Shown here piece after piece: positions 25,200 to 35,335 of a stretch of DNA of 64,000 nucleotides (position 1 is its first letter; every line of letters begins with the position of its first letter). Under the pieces are notes generated by a model, which made no database searches, was not told the origin of the DNA, and was given only the letters and a program-made list of their open reading frames with translations. This DNA comes from Takakia lepidozioides (taxonomy: Eukaryota > Plantae > Bryophyta). The DNA lies in the NCBI GenBank assembly GCA_030704615.1, contig CM060731.1, positions 4,340,001 through 4,404,000 of the forward strand, in the 5' to 3' direction. The position numbers and the translations under genes were made by a program.

Positions 25200-25445
25200 T
25201 AGGCTTGTAACCAGTGGCCTATTCTGTGGCCTAAACAGCCCTTATGTTTGCGGATGACTTCGCAGGCATAGGGGAGACTCCAACCAATCTCACGGAGTTG
25301 ATTGATTGCGCGAAGAGATACTTTGATCTTTGGGGGCTAGAGGCTAATGACAACAAATGTGCAGTGGTAGCATTCAACAATAGAGGAGAGGGAGGAAGTG
25401 ATCTTAAGTGGCAGTGGGCTAGCCAAGAGATCCCGGTGCCCCCGT
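25200..25445 (+). mobile_element. Short non-LTR reverse transcriptase fragment inside the CACTA element
   Basis: LNSLMFADDFAGIGETPTNLTELIDCAKRYFDLWGLEANDNKCAVV (FADD motif and downstream GL.xN..K). Confidence 0.8.
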
Positions 25446-27131
25446 TTTGCCACTGCATTAGAATTTGGCGGGAAGCAGGTTGGCCGGAGCGCAGATTTTA
25501 TCTCCACTTTGCTCCACTTGCCTTTCATTCTGTTTGCTCTTGCTCGCTCTTCATTGCTCTTGCTTCTTTGCAGTGTCTACGTCATCCCTATTCACTTCGT
25601 CGTTTGGCAAGTCGCCCTTGCATCACACGGTTAGCATGCGAACGCATTTGCTGTGGTCATCATTGTGGGCCAACTCGCCCCATCATCACACGACTACCAT
25701 GCGATCCCGCTTCAGGAGAACTGCACACACAGCTCAATGGCACCGCAGCATGGAGCGCCTTCGGAGGGAGCAGGCAATTCAGTATGCTGCAGAGCAGGCA
25801 GAAGCACAGCGAATTAGCCGTCATGCGGAAGAGGCTTGTTTAATTGTGCTTCACTGGCTTGGAACCAGCGGCATTCACCGAAGGGAGACCGTGCCTCAAT
25901 TTTTCTACCTATCTGCTTGCAGCAAAAGGCTAGACGCCTGTGGGTGTCGGTACCCCTACCTATATGGCTACGCGGCGTGGTACCACATCACTAAGCTTCC
26001 CTGTCCAATTGGGTTCTCCCTGTAGAGGAGTTGTGAGAGGATGTCAGTCATGAAGTTTGTTGCTGCTCTTGTGTGTGAAGGCATCCTGTAATCTCCTATC
26101 CCAACACTTGCAACTAGGATAGCAGGAATCGGCAGAAATTAGGATGCACTTGGTCGAAGGAGTAGCATTGGGTGAATCGTTGACATTAAGAGATGTATTC
26201 TGTTTCTCTAGCTACTGACTGTTTCCAACTTTGATGCGTACATGCTTCTTCCGCATGTACTTTGAAGACTGAATCTCTAAAACATTACATATGATGTCGA
26301 CCACTAAGAGGATCAAATGCATAGGTGAATTTAATGAGAGTCATTGCGCACACAATGTGCCATGATTTTGAGTAGGCCAGTGCATTTGCAGATTGCGGTA
26401 TAGCGAACGCCGCTCATTTTTTGGTGCCCTAAACTACCCGCTGGGTCTTTTTGTCTACACATATTTTGCATCACTGCGAATGTGAATGACTGGCCGGTGT
26501 TTTGCACCAGGGTGCGTATCCACTGAATGCATCGTTTCGTCTTCTCTCAAGCCTTTGTCTTTCAATTGTGTTGCCGATTTTTGAAAAATGCAGTGCACCG
26601 CTTCAACCATCATAGAACCTGCATGGTCGCCTCTCATACGCAAGTTCGGGACTTGTCTCTGTTCTCCACCAAGCCCACGCGTTAGTAACATGCATCGTGT
26701 GCAGCCGTTAGATGCACTTGCATCCAATGCACCTGAATGTCCAACCTTGCGAGCAATGATAGATTGACACGTCGTCATTTGCAATCACATCCTGCATATG
26801 TTTCATCCATTTATGTTTGCATCGTCCATGTAGACACTCCTTGGGCAACCGGCAATCGCCACGTGCAGTTGTGAATACTGGCAGTCACACATTCCCATGC
26901 CCACGTCATCCTATTGCAGTTTTGGCCATGACTCCTAGTCGTATCTACCATCTTCCCCTATCTGGTCAAACGTGTTTGACCGCAGATCCTGACGTGGCGG
27001 AGGTACAAGGTGGCATATACGACTTCTGCTGGTCACAAATGGCAACCAAGACTGCCCCATTGCATTTTGTAGACATATATGCTACGACTGGGCAAATGTG
27101 GCAGACGTTAAAGCCGGAATATGTTGTAGTG

Positions 27132-28713
27132 TTACTTCAAAGAACACCACATTACTACCCTCACCCAACTTACCACAGCAACAGGTCGCCGACTTCTAAG
27201 GCCAAGTGAATTCACTACTAAATTCTTGCGTGCTACAACAAAAACTAGCCGGTACTTACAACACCTCCGTACACTCTTCTGTCACCCATCCCAAGCATGC
27301 ACCCGTGGCTTTGATCTTCCCTGCCCTTACTACCCACACACGACCCAAGATTTACTCCCTCAATATAGCACCACCCCAACCACTTCCATTTACCAGAAGC
27401 TCCGCACATCAAACACCACCAACACCCCCGCATCTACGGATCCTGATCCCCTCCCTCAAGGATCTGCCATGCAACACATTATGCCAACCAACAACTCTCC
27501 CCTAACATTATCCTCCCCAGCCAATACACGAGACACTTCCACCCCCCACCATCCCCCACAATGTCCCACCCTACCTCCCCGCGCAACTCTGATAACCCGG
27601 ATGCCTATGTCATTGAAGCCATATTAGGTATTAAAACCCAAACATCAATTGACACCTTCGGGGCCACCTGTGTTGACACATACTACCATTGCAAGTGGGT
27701 CGGCTACCCCGACGAAGACAATACATGGCAAATAGAAGAGGATTTATTTGGCCCACATGACGACTATGACCCAGACCACAATCTCACCCTCCTCACCATG
27801 TTCTACAACACCACTAACATTGACTACCTAACACATATTCACCAACAACATGCCACCCCCATTCAACATATAGACAACAGATACATTCATAAGCCAATCT
27901 CGGCCCCCAACGTACACATATGCATAACCCGGACAAAGATATCCAACATGCTCAACCTCTAATCCGCATGGGACCCCGCCTATCTAGTATATATGCACAA
28001 AATGGCCGCTACATAGGGCTTATCCCCAACGATAGATTAACATGGCTATGGAGCAAGTACTCTGCCCCAAAGACATACGCACATGAGCTACTTCCACCTA
28101 AACAAGATTTTGCCACAGAAGTATATTGGCTTATCGACTGCTATCTCAAAGACACTCCACCTAAAAAACCACGTTCCCTTGCACGGCTAGAAACGGCAAG
28201 CACACATCACACTATTCCCCAAGATATTCTCGCCTTACTTATCAAAACATTCCAGATCACTCATTCATACTACTCCAACCCACTAAACTGCCCTATGGAA
28301 CTCGACACCTTTGCCAGCCCACATCAGAGAGACTGTATTTTCGGGGCCACTGGTAGTGCTACCTAGCATACTTGGGAGGGCAGTGGTCTCGCTCACCCTC
28401 CATCTGGACCCCTCGCCCATGAAGCTCTCCAATGGGCCAAATTTGCTGCACATTCCTCCTCTTATGCTTCAACCATCCTCATCCTCCCACAATAAAACAC
28501 ACCTACCACCTCCCACCCACTTCTACGCCTCCATGCAGAGGTCAAGCTACTAGCCAAAATTGACCCAAACCAGCTTAAATATACCCATACCCCCCCTTTC
28601 CCCAAATACCTTAGGCAAAAAGAACCCACCCTCATCCATATCCTGCATGTCCAAAACCCCCACCACGCTGCCATACCCACACCTTTCTATCACAAACTAG
28701 AACATCTATTAAC
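27132..28713 (+). mobile_element. LINE ORF fragment: post-RT linker, chromodomain, PCIF1-like adenine methyltransferase-like domain (decayed)
   Basis: HITTLTQLTTATGRRLL..EF (LINE post-RT style). YVIEAILGIK..YHCKWVGYPDEDNTWQIEEDL (27606-27746). TIPQDILALLIKTFQITHSYYSNPLNCP..FASPHQRDCIFGATGSA*HTWEGSGLAHPP..ALQWA..TILILP (~28210-28490). Confidence 0.65.
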
Positions 28714-28714
28714 C

Positions 28715-29785
28715 GTTACTGTCGCGCGGCTTTTACTCACCCATCCCTTCGCTATTCGAGGCGGAAACTCCAAGATTGAAGAGTTGGAAATCTCTAAGTA
28801 CTCAGCCCGCGCAGAACAATCAGTCATGACCTACAGCTAGTGTATCATGGGGGTGTTTCCTATTTGTTTCCCTTTTGGTATTCATGTTAACTATCTTACC
28901 ATTGATAATTAAATATCAGTTTGCTTTATTAATCTATTGGATTCCATCAACTCATCCATTCATTCCACAGCTTCACTCAGATCTCTCTACACAGTGTGTT
29001 GGTATCGTAAAAGTATCCGATTATGATTTATCAGGTATCAGGCCGAAGCCAATGTGTCTCTAATCTCCTCTACAATATCATTACAATCTTGCATATATCA
29101 AGCATCTACTCATCATCTCTCTATCTTCACTTCCGTTCTTCATCTCTGCCCGATCCCCTCTCCTCTATCACCAAGAAGTCCTCCTCCGAATGCTGTGAAA
29201 ATCATCCTCCTTCATTCCCCGTTTTCCCTTTTATCTTCCTATCCGCGGTTCTAACCGTTTCCCTCACTAACCATCGTCTGTGAACTAACATGTTCCCTTT
29301 GTAGGTGTTGTTCCCCACAGTCGTTCCCTGTCCTACTCTTCGTTCCCTATGATCGTGACAGCTGTGTCAAGCTGTGACTGGCTGTGTGAAACTGTGACGG
29401 GCTGTGACTGGCTGTGCGACTGTGTTTGGCTGTGTCGGGCTATGACTGGCTGTGTCGGCTGTGTCGGCTGTGACGGCTGTGTTGGCTGTGTTGGCTGTGA
29501 CGACTGTGACGGCTGTGTTGGCTGTGTTGGCTGTGACGACTGTGACGACTGTGATGGGCTGTGTTGGCTGTGACGACTGTGACGGCTGTGTTGGCTGTGT
29601 TGGCTGTGTGGGCTGTGGCGGTTGTGTGGGCTGTGATGGCTGTGTGGGCTGTGACGACTGTGTAACCCCCCTCTACAGTGCGTTGCTGTCACCCCTAAGG
29701 CTCCTGTTGGTCTCAGTCTGTGCAAAAATTAAGGGTACCCTACAGATCCCGTATAAGTGTCTAAGTCCCCGACAGTCCTCTAACA
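28715..29785 (-). repeat. 3' LTR of gypsy copy B with an expanded 9-mer repeat tract (29360-29665)
   Basis: PPT GAGGGGGGAAGGGGTAA (29786-29802) then TGTTAG. Homologous to 19139-20049. Exact distal end is uncertain (28714-28720). Confidence 0.85.
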
Positions 29786-29823
29786 TTACCCCTTCCCCCC
29801 TCAAAAAGCCGTGTCCTCACGGT

Positions 29824-32800
29824 TTACTGATTTCTACTAGCAAACCTTTGTGAGTGAGCTCCTTCTTGACGTTGAGAGTTTCGTGGCGGACTGTGTGTAC
29901 GAGCCCGAGGTCTGTTTCTGGTTGACGGAGATGGTTGATCACTACTTGGATAAGTGAGGCCCTCTGGAGGCTGATATCGAGGTAATCTTTCCGGCATAGG
30001 AGATCCCCGTCGCTTCTTCTCTTCCATCTGAATTGCATAGTCTTCTCCCATGTCAAAAGAATTCGGTGAAGAAACAATTGTATCAGAATCCTCATCGCCT
30101 CTCAGGTGTTTTAATTTTCGAACTTTTTGTGTAATCATCTGGGGCATACAATGCTGTCCTACCATGTCTGGAAGTTTGTATTTTACAACATGGTGTAACC
30201 GCTGAACAGCAAAATTGGTGTAGACACTGAGCTCCTTGTCTGTCCAGGTGAGTGGGGTACCAATTACTGGTGCAGCGTGCAAGTACTTCCATGCCACATG
30301 TCCCTTATAGAAAATGTCATCAATGCCGAATTTATGTGTTGACAAATGGTTGCAGGCTGCTTGAAACCATGAGCGAATTTGAGAATCCTTTTGCATCATA
30401 ACTTTTGGGTCATATAGGTATATATGAGGTGGCACTGAAGGTAATACCCAATGATCTCCACTGGAATAACTTTGAAAGCGTGTTTGCATCTTTTGTTGCT
30501 CAATGTGGTAACGTACCAGAAAACAAGCAGCGTAGTATAACCCGCACCCCATGACAATACTTGCTATCTCCTTGGTCTTGGTATAAATGAGTCCATGTAC
30601 AACCTGGAAAGCAATCAATTCCCTCAACATGGTACCTGCCTCGTGCCAGTATTGTGCAAAGTGATGATCTTCAATATGTCGATTGTTCGGAAGAACTTTA
30701 GTCCTAGTTGCCACTGGCATCCAAATACGCATGATTTGGTAGTAATGTGCGAATGACTGCGGAGGACTAAATTCTTTCCAAGCCAAATCCAACATGATGG
30801 GAATTTGGTTGAAGGGCATAATCATAGCCCTACTGTACTCCCTTGCAGCTGGAGTTTTAGGTGGGTTAAAAGCGACATTGCCCCATACCTCCGGCTGTGG
30901 TGGCTGTGGTGTGCTTGTAGTAACCACAGGTTCAGCTACTGGTACAGTGACTTGTTGTGGTGGTGGTGGTACTGGCTCTTGTATCATTGGCATCTCCTGC
31001 ACCTCCTGTGAAGACTGAAAAGCCAAAGTTCTGGCTTGTAAATAAGAAGCCATTAGCTGTTCCTGAGGGATATAGACTCTTTGGTCGATGTTTGAAGTGA
31101 GTTCTTCGACTTGAGTCTGGAGTCCGTCTACATCCTCTTGTAACTCTGCTATCCTACTATAGACATTGTCTATAGTAGTTGTGGCAATGTTCTGCACCTG
31201 CAGCCTGAGCTCATTCATCTCGCTTTGGGTGAGCTTCCGTGGTGCTTTGCCCTCTACTGGCCCTTGTGCTAACCAGACCTGCATAAGGCTGTTATCCACC
31301 AAGTTGCTTGTGGTTCCCCTGAGAGTTTGCTCCTCTCTCAGCTTGTATAATTCCAACTGCTGTTGTAAAGCCTCCATGCGCTTCGCCTGAGGTTCAACCA
31401 GTTGTGCATAAGCAGCAAGTAGATTATTGGCTTCCTTCCAAGCCTTGTTATTGACCGCGATTTCATTTCTATTGGCCATGATGGTTTGTTGCAACTCCAC
31501 GATGTGCTTCTCTTGATCAGCTTCAATCTGCCTGTATTGCTTGAAAGTATCTTCATTGCGACAGATTGTATTCTTCATATTGACAATGAGCTTCATTTGC
31601 TCAACATTCTCTTCTTCTGCCTTCGTACATTTTTCCGCTTGACTGTTTATTTCTTTTGTAGATTGGTCAAGCATCGTTGTGAACGTAGCACATTGTATCG
31701 CCATCCTGTTATGCACTGTCTGCAACTCCGTATGTAGTGCATTCAGTTCTTGCAACTTGCTTTCATGCTGCACCTGCATTTGGTATAGCTGTTGCTTATG
31801 TGCTTCTTGCAACTGGTCTTGCGCGAGGCCTGCCTCAATCAATTGTTGCTTGGCCAATTGCAAAGCCATTTCTATATTTCCCAAGTCCTGCTTCATCTTG
31901 AGAGTGACCTCTTCATCTACCTTGTTTGCACACTCAGTGGCAAGTCGAGCCTCAAACTCCTTCCTGAGTTCCTCTTTCAAGGCTGTCAATTGGGTAATTG
32001 GAACATGGGATTTGACATAAGTCCCCAACAAATTGAGTGTCCTGCCTATGGAACTCATCAGCATTGCCTGTTGAGGGTCATCATGGTGAGGTTGCTGCTG
32101 TTCCTCCTCATCTTCAACAGTGTGATGTCTCACTAACCATTCAGGCCATTGTCCCACCGGATTTTCTTCCTGAACTACTTCATCTATCACCGGTGCTACA
32201 GTGTCATGACCTTCTGCCTGTGGTACCTCTGGCACAGGTGTGTGTATTATATGCACCTCAGGATTTCCCTTGGGCAACTGTTGCACCTCTGGGATTTCTG
32301 TCTCCTTGACCAGACCAGAATATTCATAGAGAAGGTCCCCCTTCTCTATTTCTGCCACTATCTGTTCTGTAGTTGGAATATCTAACCCTTTACTTTCCAA
32401 ATCAATTATTTCTGGTTGAGCTGCATGGATAACTTGTGACCTTGTGACAAGTCGTTCAGGTGGCTGTGATGGTTGTGATGCAGAAGTAACTTCCTCCTCC
32501 CTCTCTGAAGGTCCTGCTTCCAGTAATAACATTTCTTTGTGCTGCTGTGCCCCTTCCTGGCCATGGGCTTGGGAAACATTATCATGCGGAATCCGTGAAG
32601 CCAGTGGATTCGCCACTACAGTCTTTCCCCATCTCTGCCTCTTAATCTCAGGTTGCCCTGCTAGTCCACCCTCACTGTGTGAAGAGCCTTGCTCTTCCAT
32701 TGCAGTTGTTTCTGGCTCAAACACTCCCATTTCCTTTCTTTCTTGCGCATTAAGTATGCCAGAATCAAGGATTATTTGAGCAATGATTGGGCCAGACACT

Positions 32801-34446
32801 ATTATAGGAGACTTTGCGGTAGTACCTTGTAATCTTTTCATCTCCTCTACCAGTGCGTTGTACATTATGTCCGCCCATTGTACCTCTCGTCCCTTCAGGC
32901 CTTTGAGTATTTCCTCTGTGAAGGATCTGCTCAAATACTGTTGGTTCTGTTTCATGGCAATCAGAATGTTCAATACCTGGCCTACCTCTTTTAACCCTGG
33001 GTACACAGCCTTGGTACAAGCATAACCCTGAGTTTTAAAGAAACTCCCTTCTTGGAATAAGTCCTCTATTTGCAGTCTTGCCCTGTGTTGCTCCACATGC
33101 ACCTGACCAGCTGGTAATCGAAACAATTGCTGGAGGTATAGGGGAGTAATCATCAATTCAACTCCCTTCACCGTTGTTGTTCCTGTCCTTGGTTCAAAGT
33201 TCTGCAAAAATTGTAACATGTACTGTCTATGGTGTAGTGTCCAATCTAGGCTTTGCAATCCTTGCAATCTCAGCTCCTCCAGTATCTGTATCGCCTGTGG
33301 GGTAGCAATTGTTTGTTTCTGCAGAATCGTGGTGCTCTTCACTCTGATTTCCTCCATGCCTCTCACTCTCTTCATTTTAGACTCACCTAACTGTTTTGGC
33401 TGTAACAACTGTAGGAATGCCTGTAGTGCACAAAGCAGAAACGTATGGTTGTCGCAGAAAGCTATGGGTAATTTCTTGTAAGCCTGCGGGGCTTGCAAGC
33501 ATCGCTCAAGAGAAAAGCTCCGCTCTGTCCTTCCGTGTCTATGCCACTGCGTAAGTAATATTGCGAGCGTATAGTCTGTTAGTTCCTCCATAGTTTCAAA
33601 GTTATAGCATTTATGGCCTGTCCTGTCGAGACGCCCGTTACTCAGAACGACGCCGCCTCTTGCGCTCAATTTCCCTCCATTTTCTTGATCCTTTCTCTGG
33701 TTTTCTATTGGCTGTATCCGCTGTGACTGGATTTTAGATTTTATCTTCTTTAGTGGACTTTCCCTCTTGGATAGTCCACTAGGATCACAGATGTGACAAG
33801 AATTCGGCTTTTCTGTACTTGCCGTTCGTTCCGTTTCCCTTTTTCCGTACTCATTAATGGGCCTGGCTTTCATCCCTTTTGACGGCCGTTCTTGTCTTCT
33901 TTCTTTTTTACACCTGTCCTTGCACTTCATTGTCGGCTGTGTGTCGCGCCCTGACCTCCACGTGTCTATTTTTAAAGTAATTTCCGTTTCCTCTTCCGTC
34001 ATCCATTTTCCTGAAGTTATTATGTGTCCACTTGTCACTGATTCTATGGATGGTGTAACTTTAGTAGGCTGTGTTGAGCTGTGACAGGCTGTGTCATACT
34101 GTGTTACGCTGTGATAGGCTGTGACACGCTGTGGTAGGTTGTGATAGGCTGTGTTGCGCCGTGCTGGGCTGTGATAGGCTGTGTTGCGCCTTGCGGGGCT
34201 GTGATAGGCTGTGTCACGTTGTGATGGGCTGTGATAGGCTGTGTCACGTCGTGATGGGCTGTGATAGGCTGTGTTGCGCCTTGATGGGCTGTGATAGGCT
34301 GTGCTTTGCCTTGATGGGCTGTGATAGGCTGTGTCACGTTTGTTTTGCCCACCCTGGTCATATATGCTGGGCCTAGCGACAAGTGTTCCATACTCCGTTC
34401 GTAACACTGGTGCAGCCCGTGACTGCTCTTGCGGTTCAACATGCAA
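29824..34446 (-). CDS. Uninterrupted 1540-codon retrotransposon ORF downstream of, and in frame with, integrase: 10-aa repeat, Athila-ORF/plant-transposon-protein-like domain, long coiled coil, unknown C-terminal domain
   Basis: Open frame of 4.6 kb between the integrase C-terminus and the PPT. QFLQNFEPRTGTTTVKGVELMITPLYLQQLFRLP resembles Athila-type extra ORFs. Conserved in copy A. True start codon not determinable. Confidence 0.8.
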   Translation of the reverse strand: MHVEPQEQSRAAPVLRTEYGTLVARPSIYDQGGQNKRDTAYHSPSRQSTAYHSPSRRNTAYHSPSRRDTAYHSPSQRDTAYHSPARRNTAYHSPARRNTAYHNLPQRVTAYHSVTQYDTACHSSTQPTKVTPSIESVTSGHIITSGKWMTEEETEITLKIDTWRSGRDTQPTMKCKDRCKKERRQERPSKGMKARPINEYGKRETERTASTEKPNSCHICDPSGLSKRESPLKKIKSKIQSQRIQPIENQRKDQENGGKLSARGGVVLSNGRLDRTGHKCYNFETMEELTDYTLAILLTQWHRHGRTERSFSLERCLQAPQAYKKLPIAFCDNHTFLLCALQAFLQLLQPKQLGESKMKRVRGMEEIRVKSTTILQKQTIATPQAIQILEELRLQGLQSLDWTLHHRQYMLQFLQNFEPRTGTTTVKGVELMITPLYLQQLFRLPAGQVHVEQHRARLQIEDLFQEGSFFKTQGYACTKAVYPGLKEVGQVLNILIAMKQNQQYLSRSFTEEILKGLKGREVQWADIMYNALVEEMKRLQGTTAKSPIIVSGPIIAQIILDSGILNAQERKEMGVFEPETTAMEEQGSSHSEGGLAGQPEIKRQRWGKTVVANPLASRIPHDNVSQAHGQEGAQQHKEMLLLEAGPSEREEEVTSASQPSQPPERLVTRSQVIHAAQPEIIDLESKGLDIPTTEQIVAEIEKGDLLYEYSGLVKETEIPEVQQLPKGNPEVHIIHTPVPEVPQAEGHDTVAPVIDEVVQEENPVGQWPEWLVRHHTVEDEEEQQQPHHDDPQQAMLMSSIGRTLNLLGTYVKSHVPITQLTALKEELRKEFEARLATECANKVDEEVTLKMKQDLGNIEMALQLAKQQLIEAGLAQDQLQEAHKQQLYQMQVQHESKLQELNALHTELQTVHNRMAIQCATFTTMLDQSTKEINSQAEKCTKAEEENVEQMKLIVNMKNTICRNEDTFKQYRQIEADQEKHIVELQQTIMANRNEIAVNNKAWKEANNLLAAYAQLVEPQAKRMEALQQQLELYKLREEQTLRGTTSNLVDNSLMQVWLAQGPVEGKAPRKLTQSEMNELRLQVQNIATTTIDNVYSRIAELQEDVDGLQTQVEELTSNIDQRVYIPQEQLMASYLQARTLAFQSSQEVQEMPMIQEPVPPPPQQVTVPVAEPVVTTSTPQPPQPEVWGNVAFNPPKTPAAREYSRAMIMPFNQIPIMLDLAWKEFSPPQSFAHYYQIMRIWMPVATRTKVLPNNRHIEDHHFAQYWHEAGTMLRELIAFQVVHGLIYTKTKEIASIVMGCGLYYAACFLVRYHIEQQKMQTRFQSYSSGDHWVLPSVPPHIYLYDPKVMMQKDSQIRSWFQAACNHLSTHKFGIDDIFYKGHVAWKYLHAAPVIGTPLTWTDKELSVYTNFAVQRLHHVVKYKLPDMVGQHCMPQMITQKVRKLKHLRGDEDSDTIVSSPNSFDMGEDYAIQMEEKKRRGSPMPERLPRYQPPEGLTYPSSDQPSPSTRNRPRARTHSPPRNSQRQEGAHSQRFASRNQ
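34070..34340. repeat. 30-bp tandem repeat (~9 units) encoding TAYHSPSRRD-like decapeptides
   Basis: GGCTGTGATAGGCTGTG recurs with a 30-nt period. Confidence 0.92.
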
Positions 34447-34452
34447 ATCATG

Positions 34453-34568
34453 CTACAGGGGTTTGTCATGGATACCACTGTACCCCTTCAACTTATTTGC
34501 ATTGACTCTTCCCAACATTTCTTTGTTAATGGTTTGTAACATGGCGGTGTTGTTATCATACATCTTTT
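34453..34568 (-). mobile_element. Integrase C-terminal remnant of gypsy copy B, cut by the MULE insertion
   Basis: MYDNNTAMLQTINKEMLGRVNANKLKGYSGIHDKPL is identical to copy A (ORF 15127-15489). Confidence 0.88.
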
Positions 34569-34949
34569 GGAGGTTTGCTATTTCATGAGCATGAGCGGCA
34601 TGAGCGGCATGAGCAGAGTAGTAACACAATCGGTTTTCATGAGCAGAAGTACAAATTTCGAAAATAAAAAACAATAAAAAACAATAAAAAACAATAATTT
34701 AATGCAATGTGTCAGAAAAAACAAATATATTATTCGGCCCCTTGAAGGGAAAATTGCACTTTTGACAGTTGTGCTCATGATATTTTGTCTTCCGCTCATG
34801 CCAATTCCTAGCGACATGTGCAAATATGGCGCCGAATTTCGCGGTAATAGGGTCCGTAACCTGAAAAAACGGCGACGTATTTCGCGGCAATAGGTCTCTC
34901 TGGCGAAAAATGGTGCCGAATTCCGCGGCTATAGGTCCCCTCATGACAG

Positions 34950-35180
34950 GTAATTCGGCGCCATTTTTCCAGTGCATGTTCGGACTTAGCCAGTTTTCGG
35001 CCCAAGAGAAATTCGGCGCCATTTTTCCAGACACGGTACCAGTGCATGTTGGGACTTAGCCAGTTTTCGGCCCCAAAAAGAGAAATTCGGCGCCATTTTC
35101 CCAAACACAGGTACCAGTGCATGTTGGGACTTAGCGAGTTTTCGGCCCCAAAAAGAGAAATTCGGCGCCATTTTTCCAGA
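34950..35180. repeat. Subterminal ~66-bp tandem repeats of the MULE
   Basis: CCAGTGCATGTT(C/G)GGACTTAGC..GAGAAATTCGGCGCCATTTT occurs three times. Confidence 0.85.
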
Positions 35181-35335
35181 AATGGCCCCAGAACTGCTTC
35201 TGTTGGATCTCAGTTTGAATGGAATATTGCCTCATTCCAGGAGTTTTGGGGTGCATTTCATTACACTGCAAAAAAAAAGTCTGATACAGCAAAATGCATT
35301 TGAAAATATCCATATGGAGGATTCCGTTTGCCCCA

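Larger units (their letters stand above)
20050..27131 (+). mobile_element. CACTA (En/Spm) element, left end missing
   Basis: Contains a TnpD-type transposase. Right terminus ATATGTTGTAGTG (reverse complement CACTACAACATAT) at 27119-27131, followed by a sharp composition change. Confidence 0.8.

Noticed and set aside
34447-34455. Programmed stop-codon readthrough after integrase
   Set aside because: The context TAG-CAT-GAT is not the CARYYA signal, and copy A has a sense codon here, so a point mutation is simpler.
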